Assembly: GCF_006345805.1 (NCBI RefSeq)
Contig: NW_021833536.1
Location: forward strand, 1 to 28,569
Origin: Octopus sinensis
Taxonomy: Eukaryota
DNA length: 28,569 bases
Direction: 5' to 3'
The position numbers and the translations under genes were made by a program. This document shows, one piece after another, positions 1 through 11,772 of this stretch (positions within the stretch are counted from its first letter, which is position 1; every line of letters begins with the position of its first letter). Below the pieces are notes generated by a model. The model searched no databases, was not told where the DNA came from, and worked only from the letters and a program-made list of their open reading frames with translations.

Positions 1-419
1 GGAGAGGGAGGGGAGAGAGAAAGAAGTGATAGAGTGAAGGAGAGGAGATAAAGATAGTATGTAGAGAAAGCTGGACAGAGAGGAGAGAGAGAGAGAAGAT
101 ATTAAAGAAGGAAATAGAGGAGAGAGGGAGAGAAAGAGGAGTGAAAAGGCAAAGTGAGAGAGAGAGAGAGAGAGAAGAGAGGAGGCGAGACAGATTCAGT
201 AGAGAAGAGATAGAGACAGATAGATAGATAGATAGATAGATAGACGTAATAGAGGAGAAAGAGAACAAAAGGAGAGAGAGAGAGTGAAAGAGGAGAGAGA
301 GAGAGGAGAGAGAGAGAAAGAAATGAGAAAGAGGAGAGAGGTGTGAGAAGGCAAAGTAAGAAGGAGAAGAAACTGAGATGCGATATAGAAGAGATAGACA
401 GACAGACAGACAGACAAAC

Positions 420-490
<71 letters not shown>

Positions 491-563
491 AAGACAGACA
501 GACAGATAGAAAGACAGACAGATAGAAAGACAGATAGATAGATAGATAGATAGACAGATAGAC

Positions 564-602
<39 letters not shown>

Positions 603-1200
603 CAGATAGATAGATAGACGGATAGACGGATATATAGGACAAGATGCTGAAAGAAGAGGAAAACAAGAAATATATATAGGAAGGATGAAAATATGAAAGA
701 AAGAAAGATAAAAAGAAAGAAAGGGAAGAAGACGAGAGAAGGAAAGCTAGAAAGGGAGACCGAAAGGAAGAAATGAAGGAATACGAATGAGAGAAAAAGA
801 AGGAAAGGAAATAATGAAGATATGAAATAGAGGAAGACTGGAAATAGGAATGAAGAAAAGGAATATATAAAAGAAAGAAAGAAAGAAAGAAAGAAGGATA
901 GAAAATAAAAGGAAAGGAATAAGAGAAGGAGAAAAAGGAAGGAAAAGTGAAAGAGAAAATAAATGAATGTATAAAATGAAAAGTGAAAATATCAATGAAA
1001 GAAAAGAAGGAGATAGAAAGAAACGAAGAAAGATAAAAAGAAAGCTAGGAATGAAGACAGAGATAAAAAGAAAGAATGAATGAATGAGATATAGTGAAAA
1101 AGTAAAAAAAAGAGAACGATTGAGAGAGAAAGAAGATATGAAGATATGGAAGAAAGAAATGAATAAAGAAAAAAATATCAAAAAGAAAGAAATATCAAGA
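1..1200. repeat. Purine-rich (GA)n/(GAAA)n low-complexity tract with (GATA)n/(GACA)n blocks at about 215-245 and 385-630
   Basis: Read directly from the sequence. The minus-strand ORFs 196-666 and 747-1181 are translations of these repeats. Confidence 0.95.
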
Positions 1201-1589
1201 ATAAAAAAAACGAAATGAAACCCTGCGCATCGAAAATATATTGTGGAATAGGATAATGTCGTCTGGTTTTTTGTCAGAGTGAAAAATATTGTCGGCTGTC
1301 ACTAAAGATGTCGGCTGCATTCTCGGGAAAAACATTATAATGTCAATTGAAAGTATCGAGCTGTCGATGTGCAGCGGTGCAGAATTGAAATAGTCGCTCT
1401 TTCGCGTTCGCAGGACCTTTTTCAACCTATTGTGTCACGGCTAATTTCATAAACTAAGTTGGTTACAAGAAGAAGAAAAATTATGAGAAAATAAAAAAAA
1501 GGAGAAAATGATAATAAAAGCAAACAAGAAACGACAAAAATGGTAACTCTAGAATTGAGAAATTGGCAATTGCTTGTTCATCATTATTT

Positions 1590-2014
1590 CCTGGTCTTGT
1601 ATGAATGTGTGTACGTATATGTGTGTGTAAATGTATGGATGTGGATGTAATTATACATACACACATATATAATTACATGTGTGTGTATATTATTCGTGTA
1701 TCTCTCCCTATATTCTTGCGTATGTGTACATACACACACATATATGTAGGTATTTGTATATGTAATTATGCCTATCCTGATACACACATGTGTGCGTATA
1801 TATATATTTAAAAAGATTGCATATAGAGAAAGTGTATATACAGACACATATATTATAAACATACATTATAACTACACACACACGTATGTGAGTGTCTATA
1901 TATATGTGAGTGTAAGTGTAAAATGAATATATATATATATAGAAAGCATAGATACTATTATATTATGTCGATACAGATACACACATATGTGTATGTGTGT
2001 GTGATTATATATAT

Positions 2015-2057
<43 letters not shown>

Positions 2058-2183
2058 GATACATATATATTTTCATACTAAAACACGTAGGCGTGCACAA
2101 GTTTTATATATATACATATGTGTGAGTATGTGTGTGCATGTATGCAGATTTATACACACACACGCACACAATATGTATATATA

Positions 2184-2228
<45 letters not shown>

Positions 2229-2230
2229 AA
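1590..2230. repeat. (TA)n/(TG)n/(CA)n microsatellite mosaic
   Basis: Read directly from the sequence. Confidence 0.9.
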
Positions 2231-2629
2231 ATGAAGCTAACAAAACAACCAAACACAAGTTCACATAACTCATTGCGCCATAGATTCTCCTGCAAAAGAG
2301 AGGTGTCAGTAATACTGCAATATATTATACAGTCGGCCGGCTTTTGATTTTGAATATGTCGATATGGAGGATGCTTTTTTCTGTTTCATAGTCACACACA
2401 AAATCATAAACACACACACGTTTATACGAATCTGGGTGTATGTATGTGAGTATGCATGCGTGTTTTTGAAACAAATTTCTCCAAAACAAGCTCAATGGCG
2501 TTAAAATGTATAAATATATAAATAATATTAAATCAAAAAAAAGAAAATAATAATAATAATTGACCAGATACATATGATACCATAAGCATTGATTTTTTAG
2601 AATAAAAGCACAAGGCTACGAAAACATTT

Positions 2630-2671
2630 GATCTATCTGCCCATCCAGACATCCATCCACCCATTCTATTA

Positions 2672-2718
<47 letters not shown>

Positions 2719-2841
2719 CATCCATTCACCCAAGCTCTATATTTGTATTTGTCCCCTGTGTTCAGCCCTGTGTGGCCAATAAAATTATCCATCCATCTAT
2801 CTATCCATCTCCCTGTCTGTCTATCTATCCATCCCCCTAAA

Positions 2842-2926
<85 letters not shown>

Positions 2927-3060
2927 ATCTATCTATCCATCCATTCACCCAAGCTCTATATTTGTATTTGTCCCCTGTGTTCAGCCCTGTGTGGCCAATA
3001 AAATTATCCATCCATCTATCTATCCATCTCCCTGTCTGTCTATCTATCCATCCCCCTAAA

Positions 3061-3144
<84 letters not shown>

Positions 3145-3147
3145 CCC

Positions 3148-3221
<74 letters not shown>

Positions 3222-3260
3222 CCTTATCTATTCATCCATCCATCCATCCATCCATCCATA
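2630..3260. repeat. (TATC)n microsatellite containing an identical 125-bp core duplicated at a 219-bp period (2718-2842 and 2937-3061)
   Basis: CCATTCACCCAAGCTCTATATTTGTATTTGTCCCCTGTGTTCAGCCCTGTGTGGCCAATAAA occurs at 2722 and at 2941. Confidence 0.9.
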
Positions 3261-3586
3261 TCTCAAACACAGTTTCGAAATATTTATTTCTAGAAACAAA
3301 ATAAAATGAACTGATGCATCTAAACACTTAATCTATAATTTAGAAGAGATGCATTGTGCAGTTTTTAATAATTTAACTCATTTGTGCATCGTACTAATGA
3401 GTAGTGTCCACAAAAAAAAAATGGTTTAATGAGAAGTGTCTATTTACTTTGAAGGCATATGTGGTGTGTGACTATATGTGTGTGTGCGTATACAAATATA
3501 TGGTATAATAATACATACATATATAATATATAATTATATATATATATATATATAGATATATATATATAAAATATTATTATAATATT

Positions 3587-3698
3587 ATATAAAAGGAAAT
3601 GAAGAAAATGCTGACAAAATAATGTAAGTATTTAAGTAATAATTTAAGCATTACTTAAATTATTTTGTCAGAATTTTTTCATTTCCTTTTTTATATAT
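3587..3698. mobile_element. Fold-back (hairpin) MITE-like element in TA-rich flanks
   Basis: Left arm ATATAAAAGGAAATGAAGAAAATGCTGACAAAATAATGTAAGTA (about 3587-3630) matches the reverse complement of about 3652-3697 with few mismatches. The spacer is about 21 nt. Confidence 0.6.
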
Positions 3699-3731
3699 CA
3701 CAACTCGTGTTCCACATCTCCTTTTTTAAAT

Positions 3732-3768
<37 letters not shown>

Positions 3769-4219
3769 TATATATATATATATATATAGATATTATATAT
3801 ATAGGGAGAGAGAAAGAGTGTCATTAATATCCAGGGAGAAATGAGCGACAAAGTACGATTTAATTCCATTTGTCTACAGCTGTTTCATAATCAGTAGGAT
3901 GACGAATCCAAGATGTCCGGAAAAGGGTCAAATGTGTAATTCTCTTTGCTGCATCCTTATATATGTATGTGCATATGTATGAAATGCATAAATGTATGTA
4001 ATATAATATGTAGGTGAAGTGTATATACTGAATATGTTCCTACCAATCAGAATCGATAATGTAACCGAAAATGGATTATGAAACGGCTGTAATCACACGA
4101 AATTAAATTGAAGACGACGTATCACAGACGATTTGTTTATTTTGGTTAAATGTATGCTCCCTTCAGCAAACCAACATTGTCTGAACAGGTGGACGGTGTA
4201 TCACGTGCAACGCAAGATG

Positions 4220-4292
4220 ATAAAGTGTTTTGCTCAAGAACACAACGCGCCACCCGGTCTTGGGATTGAAACCAAAATCTCGTAATCGTGAA
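4220..4292 (-). mobile_element. Degenerate tRNA-derived SINE head fragment
   Basis: The minus strand reads GGTTTCAATCCCAAGACCGGGTGGCGCGTTGTGTTCTTGAGCAAAACACTT, a B box followed by sequence homologous to the copy at 4669. Confidence 0.65.
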
Positions 4293-4551
4293 TGTAATGT
4301 ATGAAGTAGAAAGTCCTTGGTACAGTATTATATATTTGAAAAAAAACCCAACTCATTGAAATGGTTTTTCTGACAATTTTTCCCCTTTACTAATTAGATG
4401 TTTGCAAGTTATTGTGTGTTTACAAAAGGTTGCTGACAGGAAACTCCTTAGCCACAGTCTTTGACACCTATTTCTAGCAATACTGGTGAGCTTTGTCACT
4501 TTTAGTGACGTTGAATTATTTCGTTTATGGTCTTAAATTGCTTCCAGCCAC

Positions 4552-4578
4552 CTATATATATGTATATATATATGTATG

Positions 4579-4636
<58 letters not shown>

Positions 4637-4668
4637 GGGGTGTGTATATATATATATATGTGTGTGTG
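4552..4668. repeat. (TA)n microsatellite
   Basis: Read directly from the sequence. Confidence 0.95.
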
Positions 4669-4900
4669 TGGCTTAGTGGTCAGGGTGTCAGCACCATGTG
4701 GTTTCGATTCCTGGACCGGGCGACGCGTTGTGTGCTTGAGCAAAACACTTCATTTCACATTGCTCCAGTCCACTCAGCTGGCAAAAATGAGTAACGCTGC
4801 GATGGACTGGTGTCCCGTCCAGCTGGGGGAACACATACGTCATAGAAAAACCGGGAAACCAAGCCCACGAACCTGGCTAGGCTTGAGAAAGGGCGCATTA
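4669..4900 (+). mobile_element. tRNA-derived SINE with a V-domain-like body
   Basis: A box TGGCTTAGTGG, B box GGTTTCGATTCC, CORE-like TTGAGCAAAACACTT, then GCGATGGACTGGTGTCCCGTCCAG resembling the V-SINE domain (recalled). It ends in (TA)n. Confidence 0.8.
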
Positions 4901-4932
<32 letters not shown>

Positions 4933-5519
4933 AGAGAGGAGAAAACAAATTCAAAGGTCGATGTATATATTCATTCAATCCATATTAACGAAATTCTCCA
5001 TGTAATACAAAGTACATACATAGAAGCATTCATCTTTATGATATATAAGAGATTTCTAAGAATTTATAAATACATACATACACGGAAATTTATAAATATA
5101 TAAAAATTCATAGACATACAAAAAATTATAAACACATAAAAATTCATAAATATAAATATATAAAAGTACAAGTCCATAAATGCACTCGCGAAGTCTGGAT
5201 GTTCCAATTTGCACTAATGAAGGGGATGATAAAGCGGATGTAGAATGATTCATAAAGCGTCTGGAACATGTATAAAGTATATGTATAAAGTCTTATGGCC
5301 GTTACGAAAAGATATAGGTTGCTATGGGCGAGCTAGCTCCAACCATAAGCAATACTCTCTATTTCTTTCATCAGAGTTAATAGAATCACAAAGTTAAAAC
5401 TTTAAAAGAAATGGGCGAAATAATTTAATAAAAATCGAATGTAATGTTAAAGGCTAAAATGTAATACGATACTAAATATCCTATAAAGTGTATATTACGA
5501 CGCCGTATATATAATATGT

Positions 5520-5750
5520 GGAGGCGAGCTGGCAGAAACGTTAGCACGCCGGGCGAAATGCGTAGCCGTATTTCGTCTGTCGTTACGCTGTGAGTTCAAA
5601 TTCCGCCGAGGTCGACTTTGCCTTTCATCCTTTCGGGGTCGATAAATTAAGTACCAGTTACGCACTGGGGTCGATGTAATCGACTTAATACCTATGTCTG
5701 TCCTTGTTTGTCCCTTCTATGTTTAGCCCCTGGTGGGTAATAAAGAAACA
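5520..5750 (+). mobile_element. tRNA-derived SINE family A (Nin/Deu-like central domain), full length
   Basis: Head GGCGAGCTGGCAGAAACG, B box GAGTTCAAATTCC, central GCCTTTCATCCTTTCGGGGTCGATAAATTAAGTACCAG. Many homologous copies occur in the window. Confidence 0.9.
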
Positions 5751-5774
5751 GGTTAGTATATATGTCGTATATAT

Positions 5775-5887
5775 ACGGCAGGCTTCTTTCAGTTTCCGTC
5801 TACCAAATCTACTCACAAGGCTTCGGTTGGCCCGAGGCTATAGTAGAAGACACTTGCCCAAGGTGCCACGCAGTGGGACTGAACCCG
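5775..5887 (-). mobile_element. SINE family B (CORE-like) fragment
   Basis: Reverse complement of GGGTTCAGTCCCACTGCGTGGCACCTTGGGCAAGTGTC...GGAAACTGAAAGAAGCC, matching the copy at 7619. Confidence 0.85.
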
Positions 5888-5894
5888 ATATATA

Positions 5895-5932
<38 letters not shown>

Positions 5933-5940
5933 TATATGTG

Positions 5941-5986
<46 letters not shown>

Positions 5987-6496
5987 AGTAATGAAATGGC
6001 TTTGGCATTGTGATATTAGTGACTAGGTGTTAGAACTCCTCCACAGACATACTGAATTGTGTTTGGATGCTTTCGGAAGTTATAAATAACACTCTTCATT
6101 TTAATTTCTCCGAAGAAGCTATAAGATGTTGCACAAGCGGATAGCTCTGGGTGCATTACTACTTGCAGCAGAAACACCCATAAAGTAATGAAGTTAATTA
6201 GGTTAAACCCTGTTACCTTGTCATTAATTAATTAGTTTATTGATTAATTAATACACACACACATTAAAAAAATTATGGCCTTCGAAATCGCTATCATTAT
6301 TATTTGCTAATGATGTGAGAGCCAGTGACAGCCATAGTTGCCGTGAAACAAAGAGAGAGGCTCTATTTCAGGGGTTAGCGAATCGGAGTAAAATACCCTA
6401 TGTGGGGGTAAAAACGAAATTCTTGTGGGTAATGAGGATTTATCGGACATGAGTAAAAAACGTCTTCTCTTGTTACGACAATTTTTTTCTTCTGAA

Positions 6497-6918
6497 GGTG
6501 GCGAGCTGGCAGAAACGTTAGCACGCTGGGCGAAATGCTTAGCAGTATGTTATCTGTATTTACGTTCTGAGTTCAAATACCGCCGAGGTCGACTTTGCCT
6601 AACATCCTTTCGGGGTCGACAAATTAAGTACGAGTTATGCACTGGGGTCGACTTAATCCCTTTGTCTGTCCTTGTTTGTCTCCTCTATGTTTAGCCCCTT
6701 GTGGGCAACAAAGAAATAAGAAACGTTAGCAGGCCGGACGAAATGCTTAGCAGTATTTCGTCTGTCTTTACGTTCTTAGTTCAAATTCCGCCGAGGTCGA
6801 CTTTGCCTTTCATCCTTTCGGGGTCGATGAATTTAGTACTAGTTGCGTAATGGGGTCGATCTAATCGACTGGCCCCCTCCCCCTAAATTTCGGGCCTTGT
6901 GCCTAGAGTTGCAAAGAA
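6497..6918 (+). mobile_element. SINE family A head-to-tail dimer (6497-6718 plus a 5'-truncated copy 6719-6918)
   Basis: Two successive copies of the B box and central domain. The junction reads AAGAAATA|AGAAACGTTAGC. Confidence 0.9.
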
Positions 6919-6998
6919 AATTTTCTTCTGGTAACACTGCATCTATCCAATGTAATGGGTGTGTAAATAGATTCTTTATCTTCTTTTTATCTTTTATC

Positions 6999-7388
6999 TT
7001 TTACTTGTTTCAGTCATTTGACTGCGGCCATGCTGGAGCACCGCCTTTAATCGAGCAACTCGACCCCGGGACTTATTCTTTTGTAAGCCCAGTACTTATT
7101 CTATCGGTCTCTTTTGCCGAACCGCTAAGTAACGGGGACATAAACACACCAGCATCGGTTGTCAAGCAATGCTAGGGGGACAAACACAGACACACAAACA
7201 CACACACGCATACATAAATATACATATATACGACGGGCTTCTTTCAGTTTCCGTCTACCAAATCCACTCACAAGGCTTTGGTCGGCCCGAGGCTATAGTA
7301 GAAAACACTTGCCCAAGGTGCCACGCAGTGGGACTGAACCTGGAACCATGTGGTTGGTAAATAAGCTTCTTACCACACATCCATTCCT
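6999..7388 (-). mobile_element. SINE family B (tRNA head, CORE-like ACCTTGGGCAAGT, internal microsatellite, ~190-nt tail), full length
   Basis: Colinear reverse complement of 7619-8000. Confidence 0.9.
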
Positions 7389-7618
7389 ATTTATTCGTAT
7401 AAATAGATTAAATAAATATTCTGCATTCAAAGTTTCTATGATATTTTTCATTTCAAGTCAGGGAGTAACGTCAGCGTAAATAAATGTTTCGAAGTAATTA
7501 GTAAAAAACGTTCTCTGAATAAGAATGGGTTACTTGACCAGTAACAGTTGCAAGTCACCCACAAATAACAACCCACCTCTTCAAAATGAAAGTGATAGCA
7601 TTATGTATAATTAACATA

Positions 7619-8000
7619 GGCGCAGGAATGGCTGTGTGGTAAGTAGCTTGCTAACCAACCACATGGTTGCGGGTTCAGTCCCACTGCGTGGCATCTTGGG
7701 CAAGTGTCTTCTGCTATAGCCTCGGGCCGATTAATGCCTTGTGAGTGGATTTGGTAGACGGAAACTGAAAGAAGCCTGTCGTATATATATATATATATGT
7801 GTGTGTTTGTGTGTCTGTGTTTGTCCCCCTAGCATTGCTTGACAACCGATGCTGGTGTGTTTACGTCCCCGTCACTTAGCGGTTCGGCAAAAGAGACCGA
7901 TAGAATAAGTACTGGGCTTACAATAGAATAAGTACTGGGCTCGACTAAAAGGCGGTGCTCCAGCATGGCTGCAGTCAAATGACTGAAACAAGTAAAAGAG
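7619..8000 (+). mobile_element. SINE family B, full length
   Basis: Start GGCGCAGGAATGGCTGTGTGG (A box), B box GGGTTCAGTCCC, CORE-like TCTTGGGCAAGTG, tail ending GACTGAAACAAGTAAAAGAG. Confidence 0.9.
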
Positions 8001-8514
8001 AGAGAGAGAGAGTGTAGTCCAAAACACCACCTCTAAATAGACACATTTAACCACAGGCCGGCCTGATGAAGCTTGATGTGGAGAGCTAATCAGCATCTTC
8101 AGCTACCATCAGCAGCTGCGGGAATGATAATGCAATAGATGTTTTGCCAGAACACACCGGTTAACACCTTTGGTCTGTCGGCTAATAATTTAACAAAAAC
8201 GATGACAAACAAACGAGAAATAAAAGAAACAAATAACAATGAAGACGTGACGTCAAAGACATAGATCAAACTGAACAAGACAAAGAAGAGCTCCCAGGGG
8301 AGAGAACTATGTCAAATTTAATCCTAATGAGAATGAAGCGGTGACCGAACGGAATAATAGTCGCTTGGGTTTAAGTTTTGACGTTCTTAGAATGGATTGG
8401 AGTCAGACGAATACTTTAACACGTCTCAGCCTGAAACGGTTTGAGTAAACTAGCAACTTGACACCAAGACTAACCTGTCTTGTTCCCCTCGGCAATAGAC
8501 CTTCCAAAACAAAA

Positions 8515-8531
8515 TGTCCGTCCGTCCGTCC

Positions 8532-8576
<45 letters not shown>

Positions 8577-8876
8577 ACTACCTACCTACCTACCTACCTA
8601 CCTACCTACCTACCTACCTACCTACATACCTACCTACCTACCTACCTATCTATCTATCTATCTATCTATCTATCATCTATCTATCTATCCATTTGTCTAT
8701 CTATCTATCTAGATAGATACATATAAATACACCTATCTGTCTCTCTTCCTAGACATACAAATGCACACACACACACACATATATATACATGGATAAATAC
8801 ACACACGCATCAATGTCAGTTTATTAGGCTCTCTCCCTATCTATCAATTTATCTATACACACACACACGTATATAT

Positions 8877-8918
<42 letters not shown>

Positions 8919-9055
8919 TACATGCATACATACATACATGTAAATACCATATCTGTTTCTCTTCCTCACTCACTACCTAGACAAACAAATGCACACACAC
9001 ATATACACACATGCATAAATACACACACACACATCAATGTCAGTTTATTAGACTC

Positions 9056-9113
<58 letters not shown>

Positions 9114-9115
9114 GA
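8515..9115. repeat. (TATC)n/(TACC)n/(TA)n microsatellites with a diverged duplication (about 8724-8850 and 8941-9070)
   Basis: CTAGACA.ACAAATGCACAC...CATCAATGTCAGTTTATTAG.CTCTCT occurs twice. Confidence 0.8.
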
Positions 9116-9364
9116 CCTTTCTGTCTATCTTCCTCTCTTTCGCTTCCCATTGTACTTGAAACAAGTTATATGATAACCGAAGAAGAACGGAAAGAAACGA
9201 TGGACAAGGAAGGAACCGGACGAGACGATCGCCTGGTAGTTAAGTTGTAACTCACACTTCCTCAGTCAGGTGACATTCAGTGTTAGGTCAAATGAATATG
9301 GCGGAGGTGTTTCGGGGTTGGCTTTAGTTAGATGGGGTGCATACATCTTGTATAATTCATCTTA

Positions 9365-9792
9365 TACTTGTTTCAGCCATTAGACTGCGGCCATGCTGGG
9401 GCATCGTCTAGAAGAATTTCATCTCAACGAATCGGATCCGGTAGTACTTTGCTTCTACTTGGTATCTTGATAGTTATTCTATCGGTCTGTTTTATCCAAA
9501 CCACTAGGTTACGGGGATGTAAATACACCAACACCGGTCGTCAAATGGAGGACAAAGACACACAAACATTTAAGACTGGTTTCTTTCATACATTTTTGTT
9601 TTGCATATATATATATATATACATATATACGACGGGCTTCTTTCAGTTTCCGTCTACCAAATCCACTCACAAGGCTTTGGTTGGCCCGAGGCTATAGTAG
9701 AAGACACTTGCCCAAGGTGCCACGCAGTGGGACTGAACCCGGAACCATGTGGTTGGTTAGCAAGCTACTTACCACACAGCCACTCCTGCACC
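9365..9792 (-). mobile_element. SINE family B, older subfamily with a divergent tail
   Basis: The head at about 9630-9792 is near-identical to other B copies. The tail at 9365-9570 is diverged. Confidence 0.85.
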
Positions 9793-9820
9793 TACATACA
9801 TACATACATACATACGTACG

Positions 9821-9926
9821 TTTGCTTCCCAACCACATGGCTCTCGGTTCAGTCCTACTGCACGACACCTTCGTCATATGTTTCTATTATAGCCCCGCAC
9901 CAACCAAAGACTTGTAAGTGGATGTG
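9821..9926 (+). mobile_element. Degenerate SINE family B head fragment
   Basis: TTGCTTCCCAACCACATGGCTCTCGGTTCAGTCCTACTGC...CCAAAGACTTGTAAGTGGAT aligns to the B head. Confidence 0.75.
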
Positions 9927-10177
9927 GGAGAGAGAAAGAAAGTGTGTGTGTATATTTGCTGCTAGTGTTAAAAAGTACTATCAGCCGCGCCAAGTCATCA
10001 GTATCCAAACAGCTGCGCCCATTCGTCTTATTTCGTTGTTACAGTACTACAAGTAGCCACTGTGACAGCGATAACAAAAGACATATAAGCAACAACAGCA
10101 ACTGTGGAAAGAGAAAGAGTAGTAGTAGAAGTTGCCGTAGTAGTATTAGTAGCAGCAGTAGTAGTCGTAAAAATATG

Positions 10178-10593
10178 TGTTTCTTTACTACCCACAAGAG
10201 GCTAAACACAGAGGGGACAAACAAGGACAGACAACCGGATTAAGTCGATTACATCGACCCCAGTGCGTAACTGGTACTTAATTTATCGACCCCGAAAGGA
10301 TGAAAGGCAAAGTCGACCTCGGCGGAATTTGAACTCAGAACGTAACGGCAGACGAAATACCTATTTCTTTACTACCCACAAGGAGCTAAACACAGAGGGG
10401 ACAAACAAGGACAGACAAAGGTGTTAAGTCGATTACATCGACCCCAGTGCGTAACTGGTACTTAATTTATCGACCCCGAAAAGATGAAAGGCAAAGTCGA
10501 CCTCGGCGGAATTTGAACTCAGAACGTAACGGCAGACGAAAATACGGCTACGCATTTCGCCCGGCGTGCTAACGATTCTGCCAGCTCGCCGCC
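10178..10593 (-). mobile_element. SINE family A dimer (full copy 10362-10593 plus a 5'-truncated copy 10178-10361)
   Basis: Two near-identical successive copies. On the minus strand the junction reads AAAGAAATA|GGTATTTCG. Confidence 0.9.
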
Positions 10594-11230
10594 TTTAGCG
10601 GTAACACTGGCAGCCGCAGAAGCAATAGCATTAATAAATACAGATAGCAATGTTTGCTAATTGATAAAGGTTTGTGTAGTTTTCTTTCAAGCGATCAAGC
10701 GTGCCGAACTTGTTGTTATTTAAGTGAACACCGAAGAAGAATTAATTCAGAGAAGCATGTTGATAGAGAGACAAATAGGATTTAAGATAATAATATTGTG
10801 GTAGATTCTTTTAGGAGAAACAATCCCCCAAAATTCTCAAAAACTAGGGTTAATAAGAAAAATGAATTAATTCATCATATATACAAACACATCCCCATTT
10901 TTTTTTCACCCACCATTATAAGATGATATTTGGAAAGCTGTATATTACTCAAGACGTATGAAACAAGGGTCTATAGAATGTCTGAAAACAAGCATGGACA
11001 TTTTGGATAAACTTATAAAAATCCTTTAGACAGGCAAGAGTTAAATATAAATGGATGTCTAACATTTTAATCGCGAATCATTGGTTCGTCTTCTTTTCTA
11101 GACTTTCATGAAAGAGAAAATATTAACCTCTGAAGTGTTTTCCAAGTCAAAAAGTAAATATATTTGTCTTTTCTGAAGTGTTTATCCGGGTTAAAAAGGG
11201 AAAGCTTAACGAATCTTTGTTAATACAAAT

Positions 11231-11614
11231 CTCTTTTACTTGTTTCAGTCATTTGGCTGCGGCCATGCTGGAGCACCGCTTTTAGTCAAGCGAATCGATC
11301 CCAGAACTTATTCTTTGTAAGCCTAGTACTAATTCTATCGGTCTCTTTTTGCTGAACCGTTAAGTTACGGGGACGTAAACACACCAGCATCGGTTGTCAA
11401 GCGATGTTAGGGGGGGGGGGGGACAAGCACAGACGCACAAACACATATATACAACGGGCTTCTTTCAGTTTCCGTCTACCAAATCCACTCACAAGGCTTT
11501 GGTCGGCCCGAGTCTATAATAGAAGACACTTGCCCAAGGTGCCACGCAGTGGGACTGAACCTGGAACCATATGGTTCGTAAGCAAGCTACTTGCCACACA
11601 GCCACTCCTACGCC
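11231..11614 (-). mobile_element. SINE family B, full length
   Basis: Colinear with 6999-7388. Confidence 0.9.
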
Positions 11615-11772
11615 TATGTTTAACAAGGATAATATTATTTGATCCAATATATCAATAATAGTGATTCCACAATATAGACAACGAAACAAAAAATCCGCTA
11701 ACTCATTCTAAAGAAAAAAAACAAAAAAACTTAAAGTCATTTCTATATTGGATAAAACAATTACAATCCCTC

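Noticed and set aside
2230-2310. Minus-strand acceptor CTGAC...CTCTCTTTTGCAG at about 2291 as an exon
   Set aside because: No good donor follows before the (TA)n tract, and the island looks like a TA-flanked repeat fragment.
4669-4740. SINE heads as real tRNA genes
   Set aside because: A and B boxes are present, but there is no complete cloverleaf or terminator, and each continues into a SINE body.
8068-8100. CTGATGA followed by AGCT...AGCT as a hammerhead
   Set aside because: No GAAA follows the putative helix II, and no helix III or I can be formed.
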